Shown here: positions 37,323 through 47,101 of the stretch, in pieces
How the letters are laid out: each line of letters starts with the position of its first letter
How positions within the stretch are numbered: the stretch's first letter is position 1
Source of the DNA: Bacteriovoracaceae bacterium
GTDB taxonomy: Bacteria > Bdellovibrionota > Bacteriovoracia > Bacteriovoracales > Bacteriovoracaceae
Assembly: GCA_041586955.1 (NCBI GenBank)
Contig: JBFGZE010000009.1
Location: 1 to 64,000, forward strand
Direction: 5' to 3'
DNA length: 64,000 bases
Notes under the pieces: model-generated
What the model was told of the DNA's origin: nothing
Seen by the model: the letters and a program-made list of their open reading frames with translations, nothing else
Database searches by the model: none
Made by a program: the position numbers and the translations under genes

Positions 37323-39032
37323 ATGATGAGCAAACCAAAGTGGAAAACTCAGGTTTTCGGTTTGAGCGCGGCCATGATGGCCACTTTACCTTTAGCACAG
37401 GCCAGTGAGGTTGTACCTGGAGAGTTGCTTGTTAAGCTTAGGCCAGGTGCAGAGAAGGCCTTTTTTCAAGACCAAAAGTCGGTTAATACCTATCAAGTTG
37501 AGCCCATTCATTTAAGTTATGGTGATATTTATTTGATGAGATTTGATGAAAAAAGCGACGTTGAATCCTTGGCCCATGACTTAACTTCTGATCCTCGTGT
37601 TGAGTTTGCTGAACCTAACTTTATTTATTCAATTGTTAGACCCGTTAAAGCACTAAGTATTGATGACATTCTTGGCACTCCCTCGATTTCTAAAGAAAAT
37701 GCCTATACTCCAAATGACCCTAAGTTTTCTCGTCTTTGGGGACTTCATAATACTGGAAATAATGAGCCTCGTGGTACTAAGGGTGTCAATGGTGTCGACG
37801 TGAATGCTATGAAAGCATGGGAGATCACAAAAGGTTCTAAGGACATTAAAATTGCCGTTATTGATACAGGTATTGATTACCGCCACCCAGATCTTAAAAA
37901 TAATATGTGGGTGAATATTGCTGAACGTGATGGTAAACCTGGTGTCGATGATGACGGTAATGGTTATATCGATGATATCCATGGTTATGACTTCGCCAAT
38001 AATGATGGTGACCCCATGGATGGTAATTCACACGGTACCCATTGTGCGGGAACTATCGGCGCCACTCATAATAATAATATTGGTGTTGCAGGTGTAATGG
38101 GTAAGGTATCTCTAGTTGGTGTTAAATTTTTAACCGACTCTGGCTCCGGTTCATCTGCACACGCAATCAAAGCTATTGATTATGCCACAAAAATTGGTGT
38201 TGATATTATGTCCAATTCTTGGGGTGGAGGTGGGGCCTCTCAAGCTCTTAAAGAAGCGATTGAAAGAGCATCTGATGCGGGTATCATCTTTACTGCGGCC
38301 GCTGGTAATAGTTCTACAAATAACGATAATCGTCCTCATTACCCTTCAAATTACGATGTCGAAAACATTATTTCAGTTGCTGCCCACACTGCTCAAGATA
38401 CGTTAGCAAGTTTTTCTTGCTACGGAAAAAAGTCTGTTCATATTGTGGCCCCTGGTCACAATATTCTTTCAACGGTAAAAAATGGAGGTTATAGCATTTT
38501 CTCTGGTACCTCCATGGCCACTCCACATGTTTCAGGTGTGATTGGTCTTTTATTGGCCAAAGAAGGACGTATTTCTCATGCTGAAATGAGAGAGAGAGTT
38601 ATGATGACTTCAATACCTGTTCCTTCTTATCGTGGGAAAACCATTAAAGGTGGACGTATTGATGCCTATAACCTTTTAACGGATACTCGTCCGGCCAGAA
38701 AAGAGCCTAATCCGAATGGATGGCGCACTATTGTGTTACCAACACCCTTTGAAAGTGTTCATCCCTATACGAATAACGAAACTTTAGAAAAGCAATATAC
38801 TTTTGCAGGTGCTCAATATATTCGAGTTAAAGTCAAAAAGTATGACACTGAACCACGGTATGATGTGATTTCAATTAGTGGTAAGAATAGAACACTCTCT
38901 GAGAGTATTTCTGGTCAAGGCCAGGATTATGTCACTGAGTTTGTTGAAGGTGATACTGTTAATATTAAATTTACATCAGATCGTTCTGTAAACAAATGGG
39001 GCTTTATTATTGAGGAAGTAGAAGTGCAATAA
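37323..39032 (+). CDS. Secreted S8 subtilase with propeptide and C-terminal CUB-like domain
   Basis: AVIDTG, HGTHCAG, AAGN, GTSMATP; FTSDRSVNKWGF tail. Confidence 0.95.
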   Translation: MMSKPKWKTQVFGLSAAMMATLPLAQASEVVPGELLVKLRPGAEKAFFQDQKSVNTYQVEPIHLSYGDIYLMRFDEKSDVESLAHDLTSDPRVEFAEPNFIYSIVRPVKALSIDDILGTPSISKENAYTPNDPKFSRLWGLHNTGNNEPRGTKGVNGVDVNAMKAWEITKGSKDIKIAVIDTGIDYRHPDLKNNMWVNIAERDGKPGVDDDGNGYIDDIHGYDFANNDGDPMDGNSHGTHCAGTIGATHNNNIGVAGVMGKVSLVGVKFLTDSGSGSSAHAIKAIDYATKIGVDIMSNSWGGGGASQALKEAIERASDAGIIFTAAAGNSSTNNDNRPHYPSNYDVENIISVAAHTAQDTLASFSCYGKKSVHIVAPGHNILSTVKNGGYSIFSGTSMATPHVSGVIGLLLAKEGRISHAEMRERVMMTSIPVPSYRGKTIKGGRIDAYNLLTDTRPARKEPNPNGWRTIVLPTPFESVHPYTNNETLEKQYTFAGAQYIRVKVKKYDTEPRYDVISISGKNRTLSESISGQGQDYVTEFVEGDTVNIKFTSDRSVNKWGFIIEEVEVQ

Positions 39033-39065
39033 TTTTGACCAGTATAGAACACATTTGATGAAGAT

Positions 39066-39094
39066 AAAAAACCTTCCTTCGGGGAGGTTTTTTT
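39066..39094. terminator. Bidirectional terminator
   Basis: A-run, CCTTCC-TTCG-GGGAGG, T-run. Confidence 0.85.
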
Positions 39095-41297
39095 ATGCCG
39101 CGTCTTGCTGGCCGATGATGGTGTTTAGTTCCTCCTTGAGAATGTGAAGTTCAAGGCCTAATTCTTTGTGGAGTTCTTGTATCCCATTTAAGTCACCATT
39201 CTTACCCATTTTTTCGATCTGAATGAGTTTTTGGATGATCTTGTCGGGAAAGAAAATGCTGGTACTACCTTTAATTAAATGAGCATGCCTTTCAACTTCC
39301 TGATGATCATGATTGGCGATGGCCAACTTCAAATTATCGCAAGATTCATCAATACATTCTAAAAATTGTAAAGACATGGCGTGGATAATTTCCCAATCTC
39401 CTTCAAAGTTTTCACTTAGTTTGTGGAAGTCAATGATTGAAAATTGCCCCTCTGTATAAGGGGTGCCATGGAAAGGATCTGGTTTATCCTGCGTTACAAA
39501 TTCCTCCATACTCTCGAAATCCTTTGGGTCGTAGATTTGGTCGGAGTAGCGAGCAAGCGCTCTGGTTAAGATATTGGTATTAATGGGCTTGGTTAAAAAC
39601 TCTTCCATACCAGCTTCAATACATTGATCTTTATCTTCGGCCAGAACATTGGCGGTTAAAGCAAGAATATGTGGCCTGGTCTTTTTATCAGGAAATAAGC
39701 GACAGATCTCTTTGGTGGCGGTAATTCCATCCATCGTTGGCATCTGAATATCCATAAAGATGATATCATAATTCGTATTTTGGACTTGCTCGATCGCCTC
39801 TTCACCATTTTTTGCCCAATCTGTATGGTGACCTAATTTTTTAAGAATGGCATTCATCAATTTAAAATTAACCGGGTTATCTTCCGCAACTAAAATCTTA
39901 AGGGATTTTACTCTTTTGATAAAAGGAATCGGTTCAAAGGGATTCCCTATTTGATTCTCCTGTCGCGCCATAAAATTTCCTTTTATCGGCAAGGCGGTAA
40001 TCGTAAAAATAAAGGTCGAACCTTTCGCTTGTTGGCTTTTCACTTGGATTTCACCGCCCAATAATTTGACCAACTCCTGAGAAATAGCAAGGCCAAGGCC
40101 GGTTCCGCCGAAGCGTCGGTGGGAGGAAGAGTCTATTTGTGTAAAAGGCATAAATAAGCGTTTCATATTTTTTGGAGATATACCCATGCCAGTATCAATA
40201 ATGGAAAATTGAATGGTATTTTTCCAGCCACCTTTTTCAATGATTAATTTGACGGCCCCTTTTTCTGTAAACTTAATAGCATTACCTATTAAATTGATAA
40301 GAACCTGTTTGATGCGTCTTTCATCACTTAATAGGCCATAAGGAACATCGCGATCAAAAATATAGCTTAATTCAATATCTTTCTTTTCCGCCATACGATT
40401 AAAGATTTGAAAGACGCTTTCTACAGCATCCCCAAGGTTAAATGGTCTAGGATCAGTTTTTAATTCACCAGCTTGCAATTGAGTATAATCAAAAACGTCA
40501 TTAAGGATAATAGAAAGGGTATCTCCACTTTCACGAATGATTTGGACGATTTCTTCTTGTTCTTTTGAAAGATGACCATCTAGTAGAACACTACTCATGC
40601 CCTTTATTCCATTTAAAGGAGTGCGAATTTCGTGAGATAGGTTGGACCAGAAAATATCTTTAGACTTAATGGCCGCAACTGCCTTCTCCCTCATTTTAAA
40701 TAATTTAACCTCATAATCTTTCATCTCTTTAAAGAAAAGAAAGCTTCCAGAACTAGCAAAAAGTAAAAGAAATAATGAGTGGGGATCGATAAAGTCAAAT
40801 AAAGGGATTGCTGGAGAAATAGGAATGGTATAAAAATGGATATGATCCAAATAAGAAATGATGAGAACTTCGGCGAAGCTTAAAATAGTAATGGTAAAGG
40901 CCGATTTTTTTTCTAAAAGGACCTGTGCCATCAAGGGGCCAATCAGCATCCATGTTATTTCTGGGGTGGTAATACCAGCATGTAAATAACTGATTAAGGG
41001 AATAAAAATTAACGGAAAAAGGCAACTCATCCAGGCAAAAAGGCCAATGCTCTTTTGAGTTTTGAGAATAAAAGGATTTAGTATTAAGTAAAGAGAAGAA
41101 AGGCCATAGATGAGGGGAATGAGTTCTTGGTGCTTTTGACCATGGGAATAATCAATAATAAACTCAGACAAAATAAGGATCAGGCAAAGGGCGTTCAGAG
41201 TAAGGCCAAGTCTTATCTGATTAAGTGGCCAATCGGACTTATCTTCCTTAATACAGGTGGGGATAAAATAATTTAAGAATTGATTAAGTGAGTTCAT
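39093..41297 (-). CDS. Hybrid sensor histidine kinase (TM-HisKA-HATPase-REC-HPt)
   Basis: SHEIRTPLNG, NLIGNAIKFT, DTGMG, GGTGLGL, VAEDN, FMDIQMP, AHLIKG. Confidence 0.95.
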   Translation of the reverse strand: MNSLNQFLNYFIPTCIKEDKSDWPLNQIRLGLTLNALCLILILSEFIIDYSHGQKHQELIPLIYGLSSLYLILNPFILKTQKSIGLFAWMSCLFPLIFIPLISYLHAGITTPEITWMLIGPLMAQVLLEKKSAFTITILSFAEVLIISYLDHIHFYTIPISPAIPLFDFIDPHSLFLLLFASSGSFLFFKEMKDYEVKLFKMREKAVAAIKSKDIFWSNLSHEIRTPLNGIKGMSSVLLDGHLSKEQEEIVQIIRESGDTLSIILNDVFDYTQLQAGELKTDPRPFNLGDAVESVFQIFNRMAEKKDIELSYIFDRDVPYGLLSDERRIKQVLINLIGNAIKFTEKGAVKLIIEKGGWKNTIQFSIIDTGMGISPKNMKRLFMPFTQIDSSSHRRFGGTGLGLAISQELVKLLGGEIQVKSQQAKGSTFIFTITALPIKGNFMARQENQIGNPFEPIPFIKRVKSLKILVAEDNPVNFKLMNAILKKLGHHTDWAKNGEEAIEQVQNTNYDIIFMDIQMPTMDGITATKEICRLFPDKKTRPHILALTANVLAEDKDQCIEAGMEEFLTKPINTNILTRALARYSDQIYDPKDFESMEEFVTQDKPDPFHGTPYTEGQFSIIDFHKLSENFEGDWEIIHAMSLQFLECIDESCDNLKLAIANHDHQEVERHAHLIKGSTSIFFPDKIIQKLIQIEKMGKNGDLNGIQELHKELGLELHILKEELNTIIGQQDAA

Positions 41298-41386
41298 TCC
41301 ACCCTAGACTCCAAAAAGATTATTTTCTCTTTATTGGTATCGGATGAAGTGTCTTGAAGCTTGAGTGAAATGCTGGGGTAAAGCAG

Positions 41387-41408
41387 AAAAAGCCGACATA
41401 AGTCGGCT
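41387..41408 (-). terminator. rpmB terminator
   Basis: AGCCGAC/GTCGGCT stem with a minus-strand U-tract. Confidence 0.7.
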
Positions 41409-41434
41409 AAAATACATAAAAATTATATAATTTC

Positions 41435-41671
41435 CTATGCTTGGAAAAGGTGACGGTACTTTCTAAGAAATTTAGAAAGTGAGCCAACTTTATCTAGAGT
41501 CCTGATAGCACGTGTTGAAAGGCGAAGCTTAATTGTTTTTCCAGTCTCTGGATCAAAAACTCTCTTTGTTTGAAGATTGGGTTTTTGAGTCATTTTAGTT
41601 TTATTGTTGGCGTGGGAAACACGATTTCCTACGAGTCTTTTCTTTCCTGTTAAATCACATTGTCTGGCCAT
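41435..41671 (-). CDS. rpmB: 50S ribosomal protein L28
   Basis: MARQCDLTGK..GNRVSHANNKT..PNLQ. Confidence 0.96.
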   Translation of the reverse strand: MARQCDLTGKKRLVGNRVSHANNKTKMTQKPNLQTKRVFDPETGKTIKLRLSTRAIRTLDKVGSLSKFLRKYRHLFQA

Positions 41672-41764
41672 GGCCACGTCCTTTTGAAATTCAAAGTTTA
41701 GCTATATTATGGGTTGAGTTTATATATCGACTTTGGCCAAAGGGCAAGGGCAAATTGGAAAAAT

Positions 41765-42235
41765 TTACCAGCACCAGCCTGCCAAAATGAGTCTCGTGCC
41801 CTGGGTCACTTTGGTGACTCGGTGTTCATAGTGGTCAACGCCAGTGGGGAAAATAATCATTTCCCCCCATTTGAGAGCAGGGAATACATATAACTTATCG
41901 GAATTACGTTTCCTTAAGAGGAGATCTCCTCCTTGGATTGAGCTTGGGTCAAGGTTGAGTCCCATTGAGAAGGCGAAACGGCGCGAGCCGTCATCATGCC
42001 AAATTCCCTCATCGTCTTCCGGTGCAGATCTCTTGGCGAGAATAAATTCATTCTGGTCGAAGGGTTGCCAATTATTTAATTCTCGCCCTAAAAGCTGGTC
42101 CTTCTGGAGTAATTGGCGGGCCTCATGATCTAATTGAAAGTAACTCTCTGTCCGCACTAAGTCCTGCCAATGGGCAGGTAGATTAATGTTGACGCGTCGG
42201 AAAGGGGCAGTACCTGAGGGGTTTTGTATTGTCAT
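41765..42235 (-). CDS. 2OG-Fe(II) oxygenase family protein
   Basis: WHDD (HxD), GGDL, IIFP, HRVTKVTQGTR. Confidence 0.85.
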   Translation of the reverse strand: MTIQNPSGTAPFRRVNINLPAHWQDLVRTESYFQLDHEARQLLQKDQLLGRELNNWQPFDQNEFILAKRSAPEDDEGIWHDDGSRRFAFSMGLNLDPSSIQGGDLLLRKRNSDKLYVFPALKWGEMIIFPTGVDHYEHRVTKVTQGTRLILAGWCW

Positions 42236-42258
42236 AGGCTTTGATATAACTATCCCTT

Positions 42259-43194
42259 ATGAATAGGTCAAAGCTATTTCTTTTTTTCTCTGTATTTAGT
42301 GTCGTTGCCGGGTTTTGGTGGCTAGGGCGCCCAGCGCCTTCATTAACAGTACCCATTGAAAAGAAAAAACCTAGCTTTCACAAAGGATTTAAAATAACCG
42401 GGGATACTTTACGCCCAAAGCAGCCGAGTCCAAAGAAAGTATTGTTTAATGAAAAAGCAGCAATGGCCATCAAAAAAGATTGGGAAGGCAGGTTACTCCG
42501 TATTCAAGCGCGTGATAAAAAATGCCTTCTCTCTGCCAAGAAATTAATCGATAAAGAATTGATTGTTGACGTTAATAATAATTTTTTTAAAAAACCTCAA
42601 AAGGTTTTAGATCACCTATGGGATGTCTATACAGAAACTCTTTTGCGGATTGATGCTGAGGTTGTCTTTCGCGACTTTTCTCAGACCTTGCAATCGCATG
42701 ATGTCGACCCCCAATGGGCCTATGATTATTTGTCACAGCTAGAGATTTGCCGACCTGCAGATTCTCTTCAGTTTATTGAGTCGGTTTTTGAGGCGTGCCA
42801 AACTCATAAATGGGGGCGTAAATCCAGGCAAGAGCTGATCTTTTTAACATTGGGTCTTGTTGAGAATTCGATGGGGACGATCTATACCAGCGAAAATCTC
42901 AACTTTTCTTTTGGCATTATATATATGCTCATGGACTATGATATATTACCCAAGTCCCTTCAGGTGGATGTCCAGGCCATGGATCAACGTTTGAAAGAGT
43001 TAGATGGTGATTTCGCTTCGGCCTTTAATAAGGAAGAGGGGAAAATAGAGAATTTAGCTTTATTGCGGGAAGATTTACTTTTGAAAGAGGAGATCTCTCT
43101 TGAGTTTTTAGAATTAGTGAAGGCCTACCGCCGTGAATATGCATCTTCAGTTGTTCGGCAGAGAGAAGACGAAAAACAAGCCCCTCATCATTAA
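42259..43194 (+). CDS. Hypothetical membrane-anchored helical protein
   Basis: 311-aa ORF with an N-terminal TM segment; no recognised motif. Confidence 0.7.
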   Translation: MNRSKLFLFFSVFSVVAGFWWLGRPAPSLTVPIEKKKPSFHKGFKITGDTLRPKQPSPKKVLFNEKAAMAIKKDWEGRLLRIQARDKKCLLSAKKLIDKELIVDVNNNFFKKPQKVLDHLWDVYTETLLRIDAEVVFRDFSQTLQSHDVDPQWAYDYLSQLEICRPADSLQFIESVFEACQTHKWGRKSRQELIFLTLGLVENSMGTIYTSENLNFSFGIIYMLMDYDILPKSLQVDVQAMDQRLKELDGDFASAFNKEEGKIENLALLREDLLLKEEISLEFLELVKAYRREYASSVVRQREDEKQAPHH

Positions 43195-43195
43195 T

Positions 43196-44197
43196 TTATT
43201 CCATACACTGGTAAATAGAGGTTTTGGGAAAACCCTTATTTAAGAGAATTTGTTCGATATGAGAGAGCAGCCATTGTCGCATTGGTCGTGGGTACCGAAT
43301 TTTATTGTCAAAGCTGGTAATAAAATCCCCGTTATGAATGATACTTTCGGGATAATTCTTCTCCACTTGATGGTAAACGTCTTTTGTAAAGCGAACTACG
43401 CCAATTGATATATACTCAACTTGGTTCACGCTAATGGCATCACAAATTTGAGAGGCCATTTCGGTATAATCTTCTAGGACAGTCGGTGTATAAATAATGG
43501 GGTCTAGATGAAGAGCAATTTTATGACCTTTCTCTACCAAACGTGCTAATGCCTTAAGGCGGTGAGTAAGACTGGGGGTTTTTAAATCAATCTTTTTAGT
43601 GATGTCTTGGGGCGATAGGGAAAAGCTCGTGATGATATTATCTAGGGGAGGCAATTCAAGTATCGGTTTGATATTGACCGACTTAGTTCTAAGCTCTAAT
43701 TTCGCCTGGGGGTACTTACCAAAAAATTCCCAATAAAGGGGAATCTCTCCTGTTAAATGAGCGAGCGCTAGAGAATCACTAAATTCTCCTGCATGAAACC
43801 ATAGGCCTTGCTCGGAAGGATGGTCTCTAATGATCGCTTCCATATCATTGATAATATCTTCATGATTAAGAAACCACACCAAGTCAGGAGAGTGGAAATA
43901 CCCTTGAAGGTAACAATATTTACATTCGTATATACAATTATAGGCATGAACAAAATAATAATGAGGTTCTCCAGCTTGGCCATAGGCATCGGGCGCCAAC
44001 TTCACCCGCTGACCAGATTTTTCAGCTAAGAACAAATTGAGGTTATTCCGTTTTTGCAGATAGGGTTTTTTTACCTTTTGAAAGACATCGCGGTAATCAG
44101 AAATATATTGAACCGATTGGTAGCGAAGCTTATCCAATAAGCTTTGAGTTCGCGGATGGTCCCTGAGAGAATTTTCAACAAAGACCTTATTAAACAT
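43196..44197 (-). CDS. Spore photoproduct lyase-like radical SAM protein
   Basis: NCIYECKYCYLQG, GEFSDSL, ELRTKS, SFSLSP, DNKIRY. Confidence 0.85.
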   Translation of the reverse strand: MFNKVFVENSLRDHPRTQSLLDKLRYQSVQYISDYRDVFQKVKKPYLQKRNNLNLFLAEKSGQRVKLAPDAYGQAGEPHYYFVHAYNCIYECKYCYLQGYFHSPDLVWFLNHEDIINDMEAIIRDHPSEQGLWFHAGEFSDSLALAHLTGEIPLYWEFFGKYPQAKLELRTKSVNIKPILELPPLDNIITSFSLSPQDITKKIDLKTPSLTHRLKALARLVEKGHKIALHLDPIIYTPTVLEDYTEMASQICDAISVNQVEYISIGVVRFTKDVYHQVEKNYPESIIHNGDFITSFDNKIRYPRPMRQWLLSHIEQILLNKGFPKTSIYQCME

Positions 44198-45221
44198 CGA
44201 GACTCTTTCCCTCTAAAAAATGATTGAGTGCTTGAAAGTCAAAATTGGCCAAGGCCGCTCGTAATCGCTCAATATCATCGGCACAGCTAAACTGAGCGCG
44301 TAGGCGGACAAGGTTATTTTCTAATTGCGGATCAAATTGAATTTGAGCGTTCACTTGGCGAAAAGGTTTAGACCATTGCTCAAGTTGCTGGTCCCATTGT
44401 TCGCGCATGGGGTTACAAGCATATTTCATTTGGTCGAGTAGGTATTTAGTTTTGGCCTTCGGATGCTTTTTAGAGGATTTCATTTCCTTTAAGTCTGGCC
44501 TTTGAAGGAGTTCCTCCCAGTGATAATCCATGCGTTGCCATTTTTGGCGGTATTGATGAAAGAGGTCGGCTTGGGCCTTGGTGAAATACCAATCTTCAGG
44601 GAGGTCGTCGTGGGTGACTTCGCTTTCTTGTTGCCCAGCATTTTCATTTTTTTCTAAATAATAGTCGAGTAGTTTTTGAGAATAATGAGGTGCCATTTCT
44701 TTAATATGATCACACAGGATTTTCCCTTCCCCGGGATGATCACTAATTAATTTGTAAGCAGAAAAAGGGATTTTAAAATATTGGCAAACCTGGGCCAATT
44801 TCCATGCCTCGCGATCAATAAGGCTCCCAAAAGGGGTTAGTTGCGCCGCAGCTTCAGGGTCTAAGATCCTTTGGTAAGTTGTAATAAGGTCAACTTGACC
44901 TGGTTGCTCACAGGTAAAAGAATGAAAAACCATTTCGCCATCTTGCTGGCGATAGATACTACGCACTTCATAGATTTTATCTAGTGTTACTTGGGTATCA
45001 AGTCCTGCGGCGATACCCATATTGATGACTCTTTGGCACGGCGGCAAAAGGGCCAAGGCCTGGGTAAGCGAAATGGCCGCTTTATCAAGACCTTCTTGGC
45101 AAATGAGAAGGGCGTAGTCTTGGTAAGTCCATAATTGGGAAATACTGGAATGGGGCTGCCAGGGGAAATAGGTTAAAAATGCCTGGGCCTCTCCTCTATG
45201 GGCAAATACTAATAAGGTCAT
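44190..45221 (-). CDS. MTA/SAH nucleosidase (PNP_UDP)-like protein with an extra C-terminal domain
   Basis: LVFAHRGEA, VINMGIAAGL, IDREAWKLAQVC, YKLISD. Confidence 0.75.
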   Translation of the reverse strand: MTLLVFAHRGEAQAFLTYFPWQPHSSISQLWTYQDYALLICQEGLDKAAISLTQALALLPPCQRVINMGIAAGLDTQVTLDKIYEVRSIYRQQDGEMVFHSFTCEQPGQVDLITTYQRILDPEAAAQLTPFGSLIDREAWKLAQVCQYFKIPFSAYKLISDHPGEGKILCDHIKEMAPHYSQKLLDYYLEKNENAGQQESEVTHDDLPEDWYFTKAQADLFHQYRQKWQRMDYHWEELLQRPDLKEMKSSKKHPKAKTKYLLDQMKYACNPMREQWDQQLEQWSKPFRQVNAQIQFDPQLENNLVRLRAQFSCADDIERLRAALANFDFQALNHFLEGKSLDV

Positions 45222-45303
45222 CGATTCTCGCCTTGCAGTTTGATGCGGTATTTCTTATATTAGGGCGGCCTTGCCGTCAACTTCATTATCAAAGGATGGG
45301 ACC

Positions 45304-46251
45304 ATGAACTACTTAGAAAATATTTCTTCTTTACCTCTCGCTTTTGGGGGGGCCGGCATTAGTGGAGAGAGCGGTGGTTACGCTTTTGGCCATGTGACTG
45401 AAAAGGAGGCCATTGATCTCGTGCGCTATGCGTTGGATCGCGGTGTGCGTATTTTTGATACTGCCCCTATTTATGGTTTTGGCTCTTCGGAGCAGCGCTT
45501 AGGCCAGGCCCTCAAAAATAAAAGAGAAGAGGTGGTACTCATCTCCAAATCAGGAGTCACTTGGCATGAGAACGGTCGCGTGGATATGACCAATGACCCT
45601 GAGTATACCAGAACGATGCTAGAAGATTCTCTACGCCGTTTAGATAGTGATTATATTGATCTTTATATGATCCATTGGCCAGATCAAAAAGTGGATATTA
45701 GGCGCCCTATGGAGGTTCTGGCCCAGGCCAAATTAGAGGGAAAGATTAAACATATTGGCCTTTGCAATACTCACCTTGAGGATTTGCAAAAGGCGCAAGA
45801 GATCGATCGGGTAGAAGTCGTTCAATCCCAATTAAATCTATTTGAGTCTCAGTATATTGTTGATGAATTGGCCCCCAAGCTTAGAGAGGAAAAAATTTCT
45901 TTTATGAGTTGGGGCACACTCGACAAAGGCATAATCTCGGGCAGTATTTCTAAAAAGCGAGAGCAGGCCAAAGATTATGATGAAACAGATTGCCGTAAGA
46001 ATGCTCCTTGGTGGAATCAAAAAGAGGTTTTGAATAAAATAGAGAAAATAGAAAAAGGTCAGAGTCTCCTTAAGGAATGGCAATTAACCTCAATGGATAT
46101 GGGCATTCATTTCAATTTAAGTCATGACTTTCTCTCTTCTATTTTGGTGGGAGTCAAAAGTATTGCTCAATTAGACGGGGTTTTAAGCTCTATGGAAAAA
46201 ACGGTTTCCGATGAGCAAATCAAAGCATATTGGCAGATTATTCATGAATAA
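45304..46251 (+). CDS. Aldo/keto reductase
   Basis: FDTAPIYG, ISKSG, DLYMIHWPD, IGLCN; ATG 45304. Confidence 0.92.
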   Translation: MNYLENISSLPLAFGGAGISGESGGYAFGHVTEKEAIDLVRYALDRGVRIFDTAPIYGFGSSEQRLGQALKNKREEVVLISKSGVTWHENGRVDMTNDPEYTRTMLEDSLRRLDSDYIDLYMIHWPDQKVDIRRPMEVLAQAKLEGKIKHIGLCNTHLEDLQKAQEIDRVEVVQSQLNLFESQYIVDELAPKLREEKISFMSWGTLDKGIISGSISKKREQAKDYDETDCRKNAPWWNQKEVLNKIEKIEKGQSLLKEWQLTSMDMGIHFNLSHDFLSSILVGVKSIAQLDGVLSSMEKTVSDEQIKAYWQIIHE

Positions 46252-47101
46252 TCCTCTCATTAGTATTATTATTCCAACTTATAATCGTGCTCAATATTTA
46301 GTGCGTGCTATTGATTCCGTTTTAAAGCAATCTTATCGTAATTGGGAATTAATCATTATTGATGACGCTTCAGATGATAGAACTGAGGAGATAATTGCAT
46401 CCTATTTAAAGAACCCACAAATTACTTATCAAAAACTTCCCTTTAATAAGGGGGTGAGCCATGCACGTAATCGTGGGGTCGATAAGGCGCTAGGAGAGTG
46501 GATTGCCTTTCTCGACTCAGACGATGAATGGCTTCCTCATAAATTACAAGAGCAATTGACGTTATGGCATGAAAGGCCAGATCTACGGGTTATTCATGGT
46601 GAGGAAATTTGGATTCGAGCAGGAAAGAGAGTGAATCAAAAAAAGATCCATCAAAAATTTGGTGGTCAAATTTTTGAAAAATGTCTCCCACTTTGTTTAA
46701 TTAGTCCCTCGTGTGTAATGCTTGAAAAAAGTCTTTATCTGGAAATGGGTGGCTTTGATGAGGACTTTATTGTCTGTGAAGATTATGATCTGTGGCTCAA
46801 AATCACCTCTCTTTATGAAGTCGGTTTTGTGAAGGATCCCATTATTAAGAAATACGGTGGCCATGAAGATCAATTATCGGCCCGTTATCGTGCGATGGAT
46901 TTTTATCGAGTCAAGGCCTTAGAGCGGATATTAAGAATTAGAGAATTGGGCGATGAATGGGAAAAGGCGGTATGTGCCATTATGGTGAAGAAGGCCTCTA
47001 TTCTCAAACAGGGTTATATCAAACATAATAATAATGAAAATCTGGCCTATGTCGATTCACTTTTAAAGCGTTTTTCTAAGGAAACGGAATACTTAAGCTA
47101 A
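46244..47101 (+). CDS. GT2-family glycosyltransferase
   Basis: SIIIPTYNR, IIDDASDD, FLDSDD, EDYDLW; overlaps the AKR stop. Confidence 0.93.
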   Translation: MNNPLISIIIPTYNRAQYLVRAIDSVLKQSYRNWELIIIDDASDDRTEEIIASYLKNPQITYQKLPFNKGVSHARNRGVDKALGEWIAFLDSDDEWLPHKLQEQLTLWHERPDLRVIHGEEIWIRAGKRVNQKKIHQKFGGQIFEKCLPLCLISPSCVMLEKSLYLEMGGFDEDFIVCEDYDLWLKITSLYEVGFVKDPIIKKYGGHEDQLSARYRAMDFYRVKALERILRIRELGDEWEKAVCAIMVKKASILKQGYIKHNNNENLAYVDSLLKRFSKETEYLS

